Assembly (NCBI GenBank): GCA_964187785.1
Contig: OZ076409.1
Span: 35,094,001 to 35,158,000, forward strand
Source: Amphiscolops sp. MND2022
Lineage: Eukaryota
Reading direction: 5' to 3'
DNA length: 64,000 nt
Part shown: positions 12,868-26,687 of the stretch, in pieces
Layout of the letters: each line of letters begins with the position of its first letter
Position numbering within the stretch: position 1 is the first letter of the stretch
Program-made: the position numbers and the translations under genes
Notes under the pieces: model-generated
Databases searched by the model: none
What the model was told of the DNA's origin: nothing
The model's input: the letters and a program-made list of their open reading frames with translations, nothing else

Positions 12868-14996
12868 CTTCTTTCCTCCCCTCTCATCCCGACCGTAGAC
12901 CTCACACATAATAGCGCTTATTTACAGACATTTACTAACTTATGTCTGTTAGTAAAATATCTATATTAGTAAAATACCTGTTAGTAAAATACCTCATATC
13001 TACATCGCATTTCAAGCGCCTTCCTAAAGCTGCTTTTAATAGCCCTTTTAGGTCGAAAGCGTACCTATTAATTATTTTCGAGCTGAAAGAATTTTCAAAA
13101 CCTAATTTTTCCATCCCCAGAAATGACATTTCTGATAAAAATTTTGCATCCTGCTCGATGATAGGTTTTATCTGGAATGTCAAATTCTTCAAAGTTGAAA
13201 TCTTTTGAAATAAATTCTAAATTTGAACCCCTGTACCACACTCCCCATAATGGAAGCCCGTTTATGACTTTTGCTAGTTGTTTTACAACTGTGAGATTCC
13301 TTTTTACTTTCAATTGGCCGTAGGTTCAACTGAAGCTCCCTCCATTCGATACCATTTTGGATGGAATGACAATGCAAGGCTGACGCGGCGACATGTAATT
13401 TGAAAAGCTGCGAGTAAAATGGAACTTCCCGCAGTGGTTGCTTTTTGGCACACGCTGTGTTTTACATTATTCATGTCAGTGGAGTTGCTCAATCTTAGTT
13501 GCTCCATTTCAACTGACTGGCAAATTGGCATTCTATTCCCGTCATTCCATCATTTTATGACGTCACCGTACTTTGAGGAGTGACTGCTGAATGTGAGGGA
13601 GCAGACAAACATGCATGTTAGCCATAGATAATTAATATTCTTCTGTGACACCAATGGTAAGTTTTGCTCACCTCATTTTCTTAGAAATCTCACAAATACC
13701 TCACTTTTGTCACATAATACTTCACCTCATGTGTTGTTTTGCCTTAAAATGATATTTTTAAAGTTTGCAAAATCTGATACTTAAGCATGGAAAATCCTTT
13801 TGCAGCAAATGAAAGCTTCAACAAAATGGAACTTTGATTTTTTTGATTTTTTAAAACTCCAAATTGTGAATGGTGCTAAATATCAAGTGAATGCGAACAA
13901 ATATGATTGATTTGCCTTCTAGTTATGAATAATGCAGTGACATTAAACAAAAATTTCTTCTGAAAATTATTTCAAAGGAATGAGTCCCTGAAATGTATAT
14001 TTATAAATGGTTTTGACGGACCATTTTGTAATATCGTGTTTTTTTCTTTCGAAGTGTGACTGTTCTTCGTTTTCTTGACCAAAATAATGTTTCTTGTTTT
14101 AATAGAACCTAAGTAGGTTTAAGGAGGTTTTCCATTAGAGTTTTAATTATTTCGAATTCCTTCGCTCACTTATTTTTCCGCTGACAGAACTTTATATCCA
14201 AAATTCAATCGCAATGTTACAATAACTACTTTATACACGGCTGTTTGTCTCCAAAGGAAACGTTTTCAGGCACGACGTTTGCTCTTGTAATTCAACAGTG
14301 ACAGAACAATCCAAATGGTGTCAAACCGAAGTCCTAATCCACTCAAGGCGGTCCCGCAATGCTCTTGCTCTTTCAATTTCAACTGTTGTTCAAAGTTCGT
14401 TCATGCGCAAAGTTCCGCCCATGCGCTCAAATATCTTCATTTTTCCGTATGTTGTTCGAAAATAGTGAATTCAGCTTCAAAAAGGAAATTCTCTCCACAA
14501 CTGATCTGCCAGATAAAATTGTTTAAACGCTTTCACTCAAATTTTCGACCCCACCAATTTTTTTAAAGTATCGACTCCTCAATTGAATATGCTTTGATCT
14601 GGCAAGCAGCAAATTTATCTTGATATTTTCCCCCAATTTCGCAATTTGAAGAACAAATTGTTCTTATAACACAAAATGTACCATGTTTGGGGGGGGGATT
14701 GGGAAGGAGTAAAAAACAATGTTCAAATACCATTATCTCGACATGGAAAAAAATAATTAGTGTAGACATAATCCTACCTTTTACATTGATTGCTAATGTT
14801 AATTTCCAATATTTTTTCAAGAACTAAATTAGTTTGTTTAAATTCAAAAGTTTTTCAAAGAGTATTATAGCCACTTACAAATGCTAACCAAAGACTCAAT
14901 CAAATAAATAAAGACGTGAAACAATGGGATAACGTACATATGAAACATAAATAATCAAAAGTAGTAAAATATAATGAAAAAAGCATTGAAAACACT

Positions 14997-15386
14997 AACA
15001 AGACGGGAACGTCCCAAGTCGGCGCCATATCTTAGGCTCAAAAATATTCAAGGAACAACTATTGTAAAAATTTGGAAAAAAAATTTTTCAAAAAAATTAT
15101 TTTTGAAATTTTTTTTCGAAAAAAAGTATTTTTTAAGTCGCAAAATGCCGAAAAAAATCCAAAGGGGGGACCCTTTGGGCACGTCCGGTTGTGTATGTTT
15201 CCTTGAAAAAGTAAAAACTGAAAGGGTTGGAGTAAAGTTTGCCTTCTGCGCAGAATTGCAGAATTGTAAGAAAAGTGGACCACTCAGAGTGAGATTGTCA
15301 ACTGAAAAAAACAAAAAAAAAAAAAAAAACTACTCACTGTAAGAGTCGGGCTTTTTTCCTTAAGGGAAAAGGCGCCGACTAAAAAA
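14997..15386 (-). mobile_element. HINE/DINE-1-like copy
   Basis: AACAAGACGGGAACGTCCCAAGTCGGCGC at the left end and GCGCCGACTAAAAAA at the right end. Confidence 0.75.
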
Positions 15387-15907
15387 TAGCTCTTTGTGAA
15401 GAAGATGTTGCTGCTCTATTTTTCGTTCTGTTATAAAAAACGCGGTTTTTATTCTCATTCCATGAGCCTAACATTGTCATCGTTGAAAATTTCATTCCCA
15501 GGCAAGACGTTCTGTCGAAGAAAAATTCTAGTTGGGTATTTGTAACAGATTTCGTAAGTTTTTGTTGACAGGGCATGCAAACATTGAATGGTTGAAACGA
15601 AGGCATCATCATATTGAAAACACAAAGGCTGTGGTACTGAATTTTTTTACCATCTTGGCTCTTTATCTCGATCGCAACCCATCAAAATGTTGTAAATTAT
15701 GTTTTGTCTGATAGCCAGACGGTTATTTTATTTACTGATATTTTTGACAAAACTGATAAGGTTGTCTAGATTCGTTTTTAATTTTTCAGATTTTTCATGA
15801 AACCGTTCCATACCTTTCATTCGCTTCGATGAACGTAAGGCCAGCCTGATGGAAATATAGATCAATTTAATATATAAATATTAAAATTTAAAATATAAAT
15901 ATATATA

Positions 15908-18812
15908 CCGACTGTTTGGTTTCGACAAATGGAATCCCAGTTTGTCTTGGCTGGAATTACCACCGACACCACCAAATATCACCACATCCTCGCAGCAATC
16001 CCAGAAGACGTCGCAATCAACTTCCCAATGGAAATTGAAGATTACAGCAGCCTCAAGGATAGCATCACTCAAGTCTGCCAGAAGTCAAAAACAAAACTGA
16101 TTGAAGAAGCATTAGAAACGATTTCACTGGCTGGACTAAAGCCCTCAATTTGCCTCTTGCGCATCCAGCGCAAGCTTTCAGAATGTCATCTGACAATGGA
16201 AAACGATGTAATCAAACACCGCCTTATGCAAGCCATGCCAGTCTCAACGCGTTCCTCACTTTCCGCACATTTGGACCTGCCACCCGACAAATTCGCCAAA
16301 CTAGCTGACACCATATACAGCTACTCGAAGGACACGTTTCCGACTTCAACACGCCATGTACTCACAATACCACTCATCGCATCGCCGTTTCGTCTCAACC
16401 TAATTTTTGTACGCCTAGGAAGCTTTGTCCTGAAAAGCTATCTATCGCCAAATCTTCTTTCGACGAAATGCAACGCTTAGGAAACATCCGCCCAACGAAA
16501 AGCCTATACGCATCGCCTCTGCATATGGTACCGAAAAAAGACCCCGTAGACTGGAGACCGTTTGGAGACTACCGCGCCCTCAAGCATATTACCGTTCGCG
16601 ATTCTTACCCACTGTCACAGCTTTCATCGTTCGCACTTACGACAAACATTTTTTCAGCAAACTAGACTTAGACAAAGCTTATCACCGAAGTCCCATCCAC
16701 ACCGACGACATTGAGAAGACAGCCTATACGACTCCTTTCGGACTCTTTGAGTTTCTTCGCATGCCTTTCGGACTCAAGAACGCCGGTAAAACTTTCCAAC
16801 GAAGTCACCGACGGATTGCCAGATGTGTTCGCCTACGCCGATGATATACTCGTCGCCAGCAACAATTTGGTTGATCACATCAACGCACTAACAGAACTCT
16901 TCATCCGCCTCGAGAAGTTTGGACTACGCCTTAACTTCAAAAAATGCCAATAGATACAACACCTAATCGACTTTTTTAGGATACACCATAGTATCGGAAG
17001 GAATCAAACCACAGATAGCAAGGACAAAGACGCTCGCAGAACTACCAGAACCAACAGATTACAAAGAACTTCGACGTTATATGGGAATGTTCTCATTTTA
17101 TCGGCAACATATCCCACACTACGCACATATAGTTGAACCACTACAACAGCTTCTCAACGCAACACAGCCGAAACAATCCTACCGCGGGAAGAATTGCCAA
17201 CAACAATCAGCACTAACACCTTTCATCATGTTAGAAGATCACTGCAAAGCCTTCTCTACACTGAAGACCCAACTCGCTAATGCAACACTTCTTCATCACC
17301 TCACAGAAAACTCAACAGTTCCTCATACTACAAATGCTTCTGATTCAGCCATGGGAACCGCCTTACACGAGATAACAGACAACAGCAGCCGCCCTATTGC
17401 ATTTTTCTTTCGCCGATTCACTGCCGCCGAAAGAAATTACAGCACATTTGATAAGGAACTCCTCGCTATCTTCGCAGCAACACTAAAGTTCAAACATCTG
17501 ATTGAAGGACGCCATACCGTTGTTTTCACAGACCACAAACCCATCACCTGTTCTTTTCAACGAAGCCAAACCAACACCAACAACCCTCGACAGTCTCGAC
17601 AATTTTCTCTACTAGCAGAATACATCGACGAAATTCAACATATCTCAGGATCAACAAATGTTGTAGCCGACTGCCTTTCTCGACCTTCGACCGACAACAC
17701 ATCATTAACTGTAGCATCAACATCAACAGTTTCCATTGACACCTATGATCTACCAAGAATTGCCAGCCTTCAAGACACTTCATTTCAACAAGAGATGTCA
17801 GAACAAAACCAACATGGAACACAGATGATCAACATCGGAACCACGACTCTCACCTGTGATAAAAGCATTCCTCCGCGCCCTATTCTGCCCGAACAATGCC
17901 GTTATCCAATCTTCACCCAATTCCACAACCTTTGCCACAGCAACTGGAAATCAACGTCACGTATGATCCTCGCCCGCTTCACGTGGCCCAAAGCTCAACG
18001 CACTATCAAAGAATGGTGCCACAACCGCCTCACTTGCCAACAGATGAAAATCACTCGCCATATACATCCTTCAACACGCCAACTCAATGAAGCCGTCGCC
18101 CGTTTTACCCACGTTCACATGGATATCGTAGGACCACTACCTGCAATCAACAATTCGCCATTCCGATACCTTGTTACCTTCGTCGACCGCAGCACCAATT
18201 GGATTGGAGCCCACCCAGTACATTCCATCACAGCCGAAGAAGTTTGCCACGCTTTTCTCACATCCTGGTTTTCTCGCTTTGGAGTACCATTGTACATCAC
18301 GACTGACCGTGGAACCCAATTTGAAAGTCAACTGTTCGCTCAACTTTCTCAAACTCTAGGATTTTGCAGACTCCGTACAACTTCATATCATCCACAGAGC
18401 AATGGAAAAGTCGAACGTTTTCATCGAATCCTCAAAGCAGCGTTAATGTCATCAAAGACCGACTGGATAGCAGCACTACCCGTAGTTCTTTTCGGATTGA
18501 GGTCAAAACAAGACAACAATTTCATTTCATCACTACCAGCCACCACAGGACTAGATATACTTTACACGACAACAGCTGCAGAAAAGACAGCAGCCTCTCG
18601 CCTTCATCAAAAACCTGAAAAGACTCTCGCCTTCATCAAAAACCTTCAGGTTAACCTCGAACAGCTAGCTTTCACAAAAGATATCAGACAACATTCAACA
18701 CGAAAGACCTTCATTCCAGGGTGCACTAGACAACTGCAAATTCGTTTGGTTGCGCGTCGACCGAGCAAAGCAACCTTTGGAAGCACCTTACACTGGACCT
18801 TTACATTTTTTG
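15908..18812 (+). mobile_element. Decayed Ty3/Gypsy (CsRN1-like) gag-pol remnant, protease region deleted, no LTRs
   Basis: Gag WFRQMESQFVLAGITTDTTKY. RT PEKLSIAKSSFDEM..IRPTKSLYASPLHMVPKK..WRPFGDYRAL, YADD. RNase H NASDSAMG / ERNYSTFDKELLAI / TDHKP / ADCLSR. Integrase H..H...TC, HMDIVGPLP, TTDRGTQF, NGKVERFHR. GPY-like LEAPYTGP. Several frameshifts and stops. Confidence 0.93.
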
Positions 18813-19454
18813 CCCATTTAGAAATATTTTACATTTCATTTTCATATATATTGTTACATTTACCATGGTAGCGAGCAATTCATAGTTCGCCGATGACCTC
18901 TTGCGATAATGTTGGTGACTGGCCGGCCACGTGACCAGATAATTAGCGCTAGCCCCTGCAAACCAATGAGAGCGCAGAATGGTTAGAATTGCGCCTTATC
19001 ATTCGTTTACTACCTACAAAACTAGCGAAAGAGTTTTATCAAACCATTAACATTTGATACGATTTGCAACTTGACATTCACTTGATCGACGTACTATGAC
19101 ATTATCCATCGTTTGTAAACTAGACTCTGGAAATTGTTGTTCCAAACGATCGAGGAATAACCTTGATTTCTCTCCTTCGTAACAGCAAAGTAGACATCTT
19201 CGTCCTGTGATCCATTTTTTTGCAATTGTATGAATAGTTCTCCACCCGGGCAACTTGGAAGTAGGAAAACACTTCTTTCTGAAAATTCAAAACCTCAAAT
19301 AGAAGCAACATACAAAAATCACACTAGCACAATGAATCCGTGAAAAAATTTTGAACAACAAGATGCTCAGCCTCATTCGCAATCCCCCGCTTTGACGAAA
19401 GAGACTCACAAAGAAAAATGTGGAGAGGTTCGAGAAATTTCATGCCTACAATTA

Positions 19455-19650
19455 TATAATTCCATGCGATTCATGCATGGAACCACATGTTTCCATACGA
19501 TTCCATTCATGGAACCATATGATTCCATACGATTCCATGCATGGAACCACATGTTTCCATACGATTCCATGCATGGAACCACATGTTTCCATACGATTCC
19601 ATGCATGGAACCATATGATTCCATGCGATTCCATACATGGAATCGCATGG
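19455..19650. repeat. Minisatellite, ~32-bp unit (ggaaccacatgtttccatacgattccatgcat)
   Basis: About 5-6 tandem units. Related diverged sequence at ~4045-4165 and ~24760-24785. Confidence 0.9.
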
Positions 19651-20164
19651 AAGACTTATGAATTTGGATCCGGGTAGTTTTTGTTCAGTAGAAACTATTG
19701 TTTTGTATAGTAAAAGCATATATGAAAACACTTTGTTGAATTTTCGAAAATTTAAGGCCGTCCAAATGTATTATTGGCTTCCATACTCGGACTTTCTCCT
19801 TCCGGTGTATGCTTTTGTCACAACCGGCCGCCGACAACTAATGTTTCCTTATGCTCTAGCATTTAGGGCACTGGAGGTATGTCATGTAGCTGAGCAAGTT
19901 TACTTCCTCATAGATTCTTTTAGGCTCTGCATTCAAAACAAAGTAAATTTAAACCAATACGAAACATTGCATATTCTATCAGAATTCAGTTCAGGAACAT
20001 CGCGGCACAAGGTGTTTCGACTAAACCTTTTCGGAATCGTAAAAAGAGATATTAAACACAATCGTTTAACAAAAATGCTGTTTTTCCTTCCTTTAAGTTT
20101 CATTCATTCAATGTGATGCAATGAAGAGCGCTTTGAATCAACAAGGAAAAATGGACAATCACCG

Positions 20165-21050
20165 TTTTTCGTCGGCGTTTCAGGAACTGAAACGCGACTA
20201 TAATAGTGACTCTTTTTTTTCAATCCACACGAACTGACCAAAATAGTTTTTAAAAGTTCTACAAAATTTTAAGGGGACAAAGTGTACCTTTTGGCCCAGG
20301 AAACTGAACTATAACAGTTTCGCTTTTTAGCGTATTATACAAAACTACACGAAACTAAATGGTCCCCTTGTATTTTTTAAATATTTTGCAGCAGAATGGA
20401 TGTTAAAAATTCCCAGAGGGTCCCCTCGTTCGGTCCCCCTTTTGGTTTTTCGGGTACTGTAGAAAAGAATACTTGACACTTTCAAGTTCTTGTGCTGTTT
20501 TTAGTCGGCGCTTTTCTAGTGAAAAGTGCCCGACACTTACAGTGGCTAGTTTTTTTTCGTCAGACTACAATCTCACTCTGATTGGGCCACTTTTGTTACA
20601 ATCGACACTACTAAAACTACTACCATAAGGCCAAATCCGGCCAGCGAAAATTAGTGCAAAAAGGTCCCCCTTTTCATTTTTTACTATTTTACCGTAGCCT
20701 ATAAAACCGGACGACACTAAAGGGTCCCCCCTTTCGATTTTTTCCGGCATTGTGCGACTTTTTTTCAAAAATTTTTTAATGTATCAAAAGAGTCCCCCTT
20801 TCGAGTTTTTTGATATTTTGCAACAGAATATATGTTAATAAAGCCCAAAGGCCCCCCTTTTACATTTTTCGGCACTATGCGACATTTTCTGAAAGAAAAA
20901 AATTCAAAAATTTCAAGTTTTTCTTCAAAAAAAAGTCTTGCGCTTTTTGAGCCTTAGATATAGCGCCGACTTTAGACGTTCCCGTCTTGTTAAACCTGGG
21001 TATGGAGCCGACCCGGCTTGTTCTTTTTGAGCCGACCCGGCTTGTTCTTT
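20165..21050 (+). mobile_element. Older HINE with a younger HINE (20498-20991) nested in it
   Basis: The inner copy has AGTCGGCGC 20503-20511, GCGCCGACT 20963-20971 and ends CCCGTCTTGTT. The outer copy starts ttttcgtcggcg (20165) and ends in a duplicated gagccgacccggcttgtt. Confidence 0.7.
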
Positions 21051-22771
21051 TTAACTAAATTCTTTTAGCATTATTACAGGATATGTTGTATTTTTTAAAA
21101 CTCAATAACAACGTTCTGAAAGGTACCAAATAGAGAGTATAGATTTGTTTTCGGACATCATTGGACACCAAAAACAACTGAAATGATTGAAAACGCCTAG
21201 CAGAATTTACTCTTCCACAGTGCACTCTGCAAGTTTCGCAGTGATGACAAACCCGTAACTTATTTTGTCGCCAAACATTTTGTCGTCTGTAATTACGTTC
21301 TATAAAACATTGTCACTTGTTAGCTTATCTATTAGGAATCTTATATTATTTTTGAGTCTGCTTATTTTGATAACTATCGTTAATTGAGCAATAATTGCTA
21401 TCGTTGAGTGCTATCAATTATGGTTTTGAGAAAAAAGTTTCGCAAACAAAATGTTAATTATTCATAGAAAAACCTTTTGTGCATTTTTTTGTGAGATAGT
21501 TGGGAGAATAGTTCAGGCTTAAAAATATCTCGTTGCTTCTTGATTGAATGCAATTACCTTTTGGCCTCAAAGTTGGTGTCAAACAGGCTTCATTTTAATA
21601 AATAAAAAATTGACTAACTAAAATGGTCTTTTCGGGAACGCTGTTAATTCTAATCAATACGACGAATTTTCGGACGACGAAATCCCTTGATCAAATTGAC
21701 GAATGTACGCAGTATGATTCTGAAATTTTATAGGAAAAAGTGTCCGACTATTGCAGTGACTTTTTTTGGTCTGTGGATTTCATAAGAAAGTGTGACCGAC
21801 TATTAGTGACTAGGTTCTTTCGTAAGACCACGGAATGTACGCGAATGGCCAACTTTTCAACAGAGTTTGTTCTCGCCGGTTTTTTAAAAAACAATTTAGG
21901 TGTTTTTAGATCTTTTTGATAAAATAAAAAGCGTTTTAGAGGCCGCAGATCACCACTTCGAATATTTTATATCACACTGAAAATTTTGAAAAAAAAACCT
22001 AAAAACCATTTTGAGATTTTTAATGAGACTTTGAGCTTTTTCAGCCTTGAACGGCGTTGTAAGACGTTCCCATCTTGGTCGAATTTGAGTGATCGAATGT
22101 CTTGTTATGATAACCTTGAATGTTTTTTCAGACCACCCTAGTTTAGAAAAAAACACAATCCTTGCCAAAATCGTGCAAATTGTTTTTAGAAAAACAGATC
22201 TCTTGCAAGTTTCTTGCAAGAAAATAGAAACTTGGAAGATTCGTGCTAGTAAATGAACAAATTGCAAGCCAACGAAACAGAATCTTGCAATGGATCTATT
22301 GTTCTTGCAGGTGACTTGGAAGCGTAATACTTTGCCTTTCAGTAGAAGTGGTTCCGTTAGAAGCTGGTTTGGATTCAAAGAAGTACTAAATGCTGCAAAA
22401 CGTTTTTTTGTGAAAGTATTTTTGTATTCTTTGACCAGATGATTTACGAGTTGGGAGTTTCTCATACTATAACCATTGAATGAAATCCACAAAATAATGA
22501 AAAGTCAAAGTGAATTCCAAATTTTTACCCAAAACTACTGGTTGCCAATCGAAACACCACTCAAATTAGTGTAATTTTTATGAAAACAAGAAAAGTCACA
22601 AGACGTACTCGCAAATACCTTTCTGCGTCCCGGTTTACAAGTCTGTAGAAAGCCTGAATTAAAGGCTCTCTCATAGTGTATATTGGCTGCCTGAGCTTTC
22701 AGTAAATCATTATGAGAAGTTGAAATGAGTAAACAACCAGATAAGTTACAACTAACAACTGACAAATAGGT

Positions 22772-23350
22772 TGAACTTTGAAAACGTTACCTCCGAACTT
22801 TAAACTTTGAAAACGTTATGTTCGAACATTGAAAATGTTACATCCGAACATTGCAAGCGTTAAATCTGACCTTTGAAAACGTTAGAAATATTTACGAATT
22901 TCGAAAACGTTACATCCGAACTTTGACTTTATACCCGAACTTCGAACATGTTACATCTTATCTTTGAAAACGTTAAGTCCACATTTTTAAAGCGCAACAT
23001 TTGAACTTCGAAAACGTTATATGAGATCTTTGAAATTGTTACGACCGATCTTTGAAATAGAATCCGAACTTTGAAAACGCATCATCCGAACTTTGGAAAC
23101 GCCACATATCAGTTTTAACTACGATATATTCGAAATCTTAGAAAATGTTACAACCGAACTTTGAAAACGCATCATCCGAACTTTGGAAACGCCACATATC
23201 AATTTTAACTACGATATATCCGAAATCTTAGAAAACGTTCACCCGAACTTTGAAAACGGTCTATTAAGACTTTGAAAACACGTTACACCCGAACCTTGAA
23301 AACGTTACATCCTAAGTTTGAAACGTTGTATCCGAACTTTGAAAACGGTA
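22772..23350. repeat. Minisatellite, ~22-bp unit (ccgaactttgaaaacgttacat)
   Basis: More than 20 diverged tandem units, with a higher-order ~90-bp duplication at ~23064-23240. It sits between the TM and TIR of copy C. Confidence 0.9.
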
Positions 23351-26090
23351 TTTTAGAGCTTTTTATCGGGAAATTTTTCTAATTGTACAATATGGATGAA
23401 GAACAAAGACTTTTTGATTGTTGAGAAATTTGTTTTTCTCACGCAGGAAAAAGTCGCTAACGTGAGGAAATACACGAAAGCCGTAGTGATACCCAACATT
23501 GCTCAAGTCAGCCTCACCACTATGAATCAACTTTTCCAAATAAGAAATCCTGGTAAGCTGCAAGTTTTTCATGTTCGAGAAGTTGACTTTCATTACATGG
23601 TGACTTTTATTACATCGATCATAGCTATGATAAGAGCCCGAATCCGCCATGATGATCTTTGACAGAAATTTACGTTTTGTTAACCATGAAAGTTTTCAGC
23701 AAGTATGTGATAAAGGATGCTTTTCAACAAAAATCAATCAGAAGCGTTCGAGAATATTTGATTTATGTTTGTCAACGATTTCCTGTAACAAAATGGAAAA
23801 TTAAATTGAGAAACTTTTCAATTAGTAACTGAATATTGATTGTTGAATCAATTTCATAACGTTGTAATTGTATCAAACAAAGATCACTGCAAATTACTAT
23901 GCCGTTTTACTTTCAAACGTTGAACTACTAATTTGAGCTCATCAATGTTAGAAAAAAATTCAACTATAGAGATGTTTAAGAGCATCACCAATACCAAAAT
24001 TAGTCAGGAAAAACGGACTGCGGGGGAGAGTTAAGACAATGTTCAAATGCCATTATGTCGACATCGTTTGCGTTGAATTTTTGGTCCAATAAAATAACTG
24101 ATATCGACAACATGGGGGGATAAATAAGACACATGGTCCGGAAAACATCTAATTCGATGCAAACTGTTTCATAAGGTGAGTTTAAAATTATATTTTCGCG
24201 TCCATGATCATCCATGTGCACATGGCATTATGAACATCTTTACATGATCATGCAATGACTCCGGACATGGCCAAGTAAAGATGAGACTTTTTATTCAGTA
24301 TCTGTAAGCTAAAAATGATAAGTCATAATTTTTCCGAATTTTCAAGGAGGTCGTAGTGAATTAACTAACTAAAACGGGCTGTCAGATATTAAACTCGTTG
24401 ATAGCTTCCCTCAACTGATTTCGCCTTTGATGCTTGTTTGTCAATCAAAAGAATTCATGTAGAATTTCAAGATCAGTGACTGAATCGGAGACTGAGTCCT
24501 ACAAGTGTTGGTTAAGCTTCAGTGTAAAGCTTCAAATTCTTCAATATTGAAAGTTGCAACCGAAGAAATTTGCAATCCACACATGATTTACTGACTCAGT
24601 TTCTGACTGCAGCATATAAATAATGGTAGGTACAGAGATAATTTTTATGTTCAATTAAAATTCATATTCACACTGGATTTCAGGGATCCAAGTTTTAACC
24701 CCGCGCCTATTCCAGTGGGTAGCCACACAGTTTAAGGAATGGAGCCAAAAGGTACCTGTAATTCCATGCGATTCCAACCAGAGAATCATGAATCCAATTC
24801 AATTTGAGTGATAAACCCTATTAAGCTCATTTGGAAGGATCCAGAAGGAATTTTAGAACAGGTACATTAATAGCGCTGATGGTTCTAATACCCAAATGCT
24901 TGAAAGTCTTGGCACCGTCGTTTCTCGTTCCTTTTTATAAAGTATAGACGTGGGGTTTGTGATTGTGCCTTTGATTCACGCGAGAACAAACCAACCATAA
25001 AAACATCTAGATTTTTCATTGTTTTGAATGCAACAAAGCTAAGCAACTGGAAAAAGTTGATCAATTTATAACATTTACTTGCAATCGTCAAACAAAGGAC
25101 CAAGATCAAATTGTTTGCGGTTTGTATATGGCTCAATTGCTTTCATTCGTTCTAGAATTCCCCCTGCTTAGAACAGTTCCTGCTTTGTCGTTTTTAGCTA
25201 GCACTGCCAGTTCCTTCTGAACACATTTGGGGTTCTCTAATTCCATTTTATTGGTCAAATTTGGCACGCGCTGTTTAGCTTCCGTTCGCGAATTTAAGAG
25301 TTAATTTGTCTTACTTACTCTGTAGAAATGGTCAACTTCAAACAGCTGATTCAGGTGAGTTTCGTAGTAACGCATTTCTGTTTAGTAGTCAATTAGGCTT
25401 TTTGAACGTTTGAATAATTAAAATACCTTAATTAGGGATGAGAGTTTTAAACTATTTAAAATTTGGCGACTAATCTGAGGTCACATTCTCTGTCCTGTGT
25501 TTGGGCCACTAAAATTTCCACCTTTTCCTATCCTGAAATTGAAACATTAAAGTTCAGCTGGACATTAAATATAATCATACAAGTGTTTTTAATCGAGTTC
25601 TTTTTCTACAATTCCTGGGGCTTGATTCACATTTCCACAGAAATTGACTTTTTTCTCAATGTACGTTTTTAGTTTCGAACTGCTTTCAGGGTTATCAGCT
25701 ACAATAAGCTACATCGATGAAGATATTAAAAACTAGAGCAAAGAGAAATTCCTAATATCAATTCGAATGCCAGACATTAGGAAAAAAGGATTGCCCCAAT
25801 AATCGCGCAACGTAAGTCGATGAAGGCTGTATCGTCATTGCTCGATTAGAAAAGAATCTTAAGTTAATCTTCGTATTCTGATTTAGAGGGAGTCTTAATT
25901 TGTGTTTAATTCTTAACTCAATTTCTTTAGTCTCGACTGCTAAATGTTTGGTGCTTTTTCGTCATCACGGGTTAGTTCAAATATTCAGGTACACGTATTT
26001 TGTTTCATTTCTTCAGTTCAATGCAACTGACAACCATTCAACTACTTTCCTGAAGTCCAAACAGTGGAAGTTAAATTCTAATCCAGTTTA

Positions 26091-26680
26091 AACAAGCCGG
26101 GAACGGCCCAAGTCAGCGCCTCGCTCAAGGTTCAAAAAACCAAAATAATTAAATATGCAAAAATTCATTAAATTTGCAGTGCCGGAAAATACCCGAAGGA
26201 GGAAAGACTTTTCAAAAAAGTGAAGGGGGTACCATTTGACCAAATGATTTTTTCGAGAAAAAGCTACGCAGTGCCGAAAAGCTCAGTTTTTTTACAGGAA
26301 ACTGTGGTTTTCCCACAGATATTGCGAAAACTCCCATCAGTTCCACAGGACCAATAAATAATCAAAAAAGTCATCCTTACGACTCGGTGGCGAAAAACGT
26401 CAAAATCTTTTTTAAATTTCTTTCAAATTTTCGGTAAATCGCATTGTGCCGCAAAAATATGAGGTGGCCTGTTATGCTCGCGAAACGCTTCGATTCTGCT
26501 GAAAAGGGACGCACTTTGGTTTAAAACGTTCAGAAAATAATCGCATAGTGCCGAAAAAAACGAAAGGAGGATCGGTATCGTTCGGTCTCCTTTCTACCTT
26601 TGCAAGCATGAAATATTCCTGATTTAGTGGGAGACGACTCGAACTCACACCTTCCTGCTTCTCAGAAAATCCGTTTTAAC
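26091..26680 (-). mobile_element. Diverged HINE-like copy
   Basis: Terminus AACAAGCCGGGAACGGCCCAAGTCAGCGCC and internal gcatagtgccgaaaa motifs shared with other copies. Confidence 0.55.
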
Positions 26681-26687
26681 ATCTCAT

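Larger units (their letters stand above)
7050..15750 (-). pseudogene. Toll-like receptor-type pseudogene, copy B (interrupted by satellite, solo LTR and HINEs)
   Basis: LRR remnants: KTIYKYTFQGLIPLK (~13970-14015), GSNLEFISKDF, LKNLTFQ...MSFLGMEKL...IINRYAFDLKGL (~13040-13230), LGDKQMRTITDF (~10240-10273). Internal CT-like HNLEF*KIKKIKVPFC (~13820-13868). Hydrophobic stretch ~9700-9780. TIR-like NPFLS...QYFFSGK (~9525-9627). A second TIR-like CTFVER lies at ~7520-7540. Confidence 0.55.

Noticed and set aside
12403..12969. Phe/Lys-rich ORFs in HINE copies (also 14974-15342, 28071-28353, 51049-51369)
   Set aside because: Products of A/T homopolymer runs in non-coding repeats. The frames are not conserved between copies.
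19392..19731. Cluster of overlapping His/Met/Trp-rich ORFs on both strands
   Set aside because: Translation artefact of the 32-bp minisatellite.
22772..23350. CRISPR-like periodicity (also 31655-31960 and 7670-9280)
   Set aside because: Units are contiguous and diverged with no unique spacers, there are no cas genes, and the context is eukaryotic.
25326..25354. 29-nt candidate micro-exon (tgtag|...|gtgagt) on the plus strand
   Set aside because: It has an in-frame stop in the phase needed to join the 6067 exon and lies antisense within TLR copy C. No supporting context.
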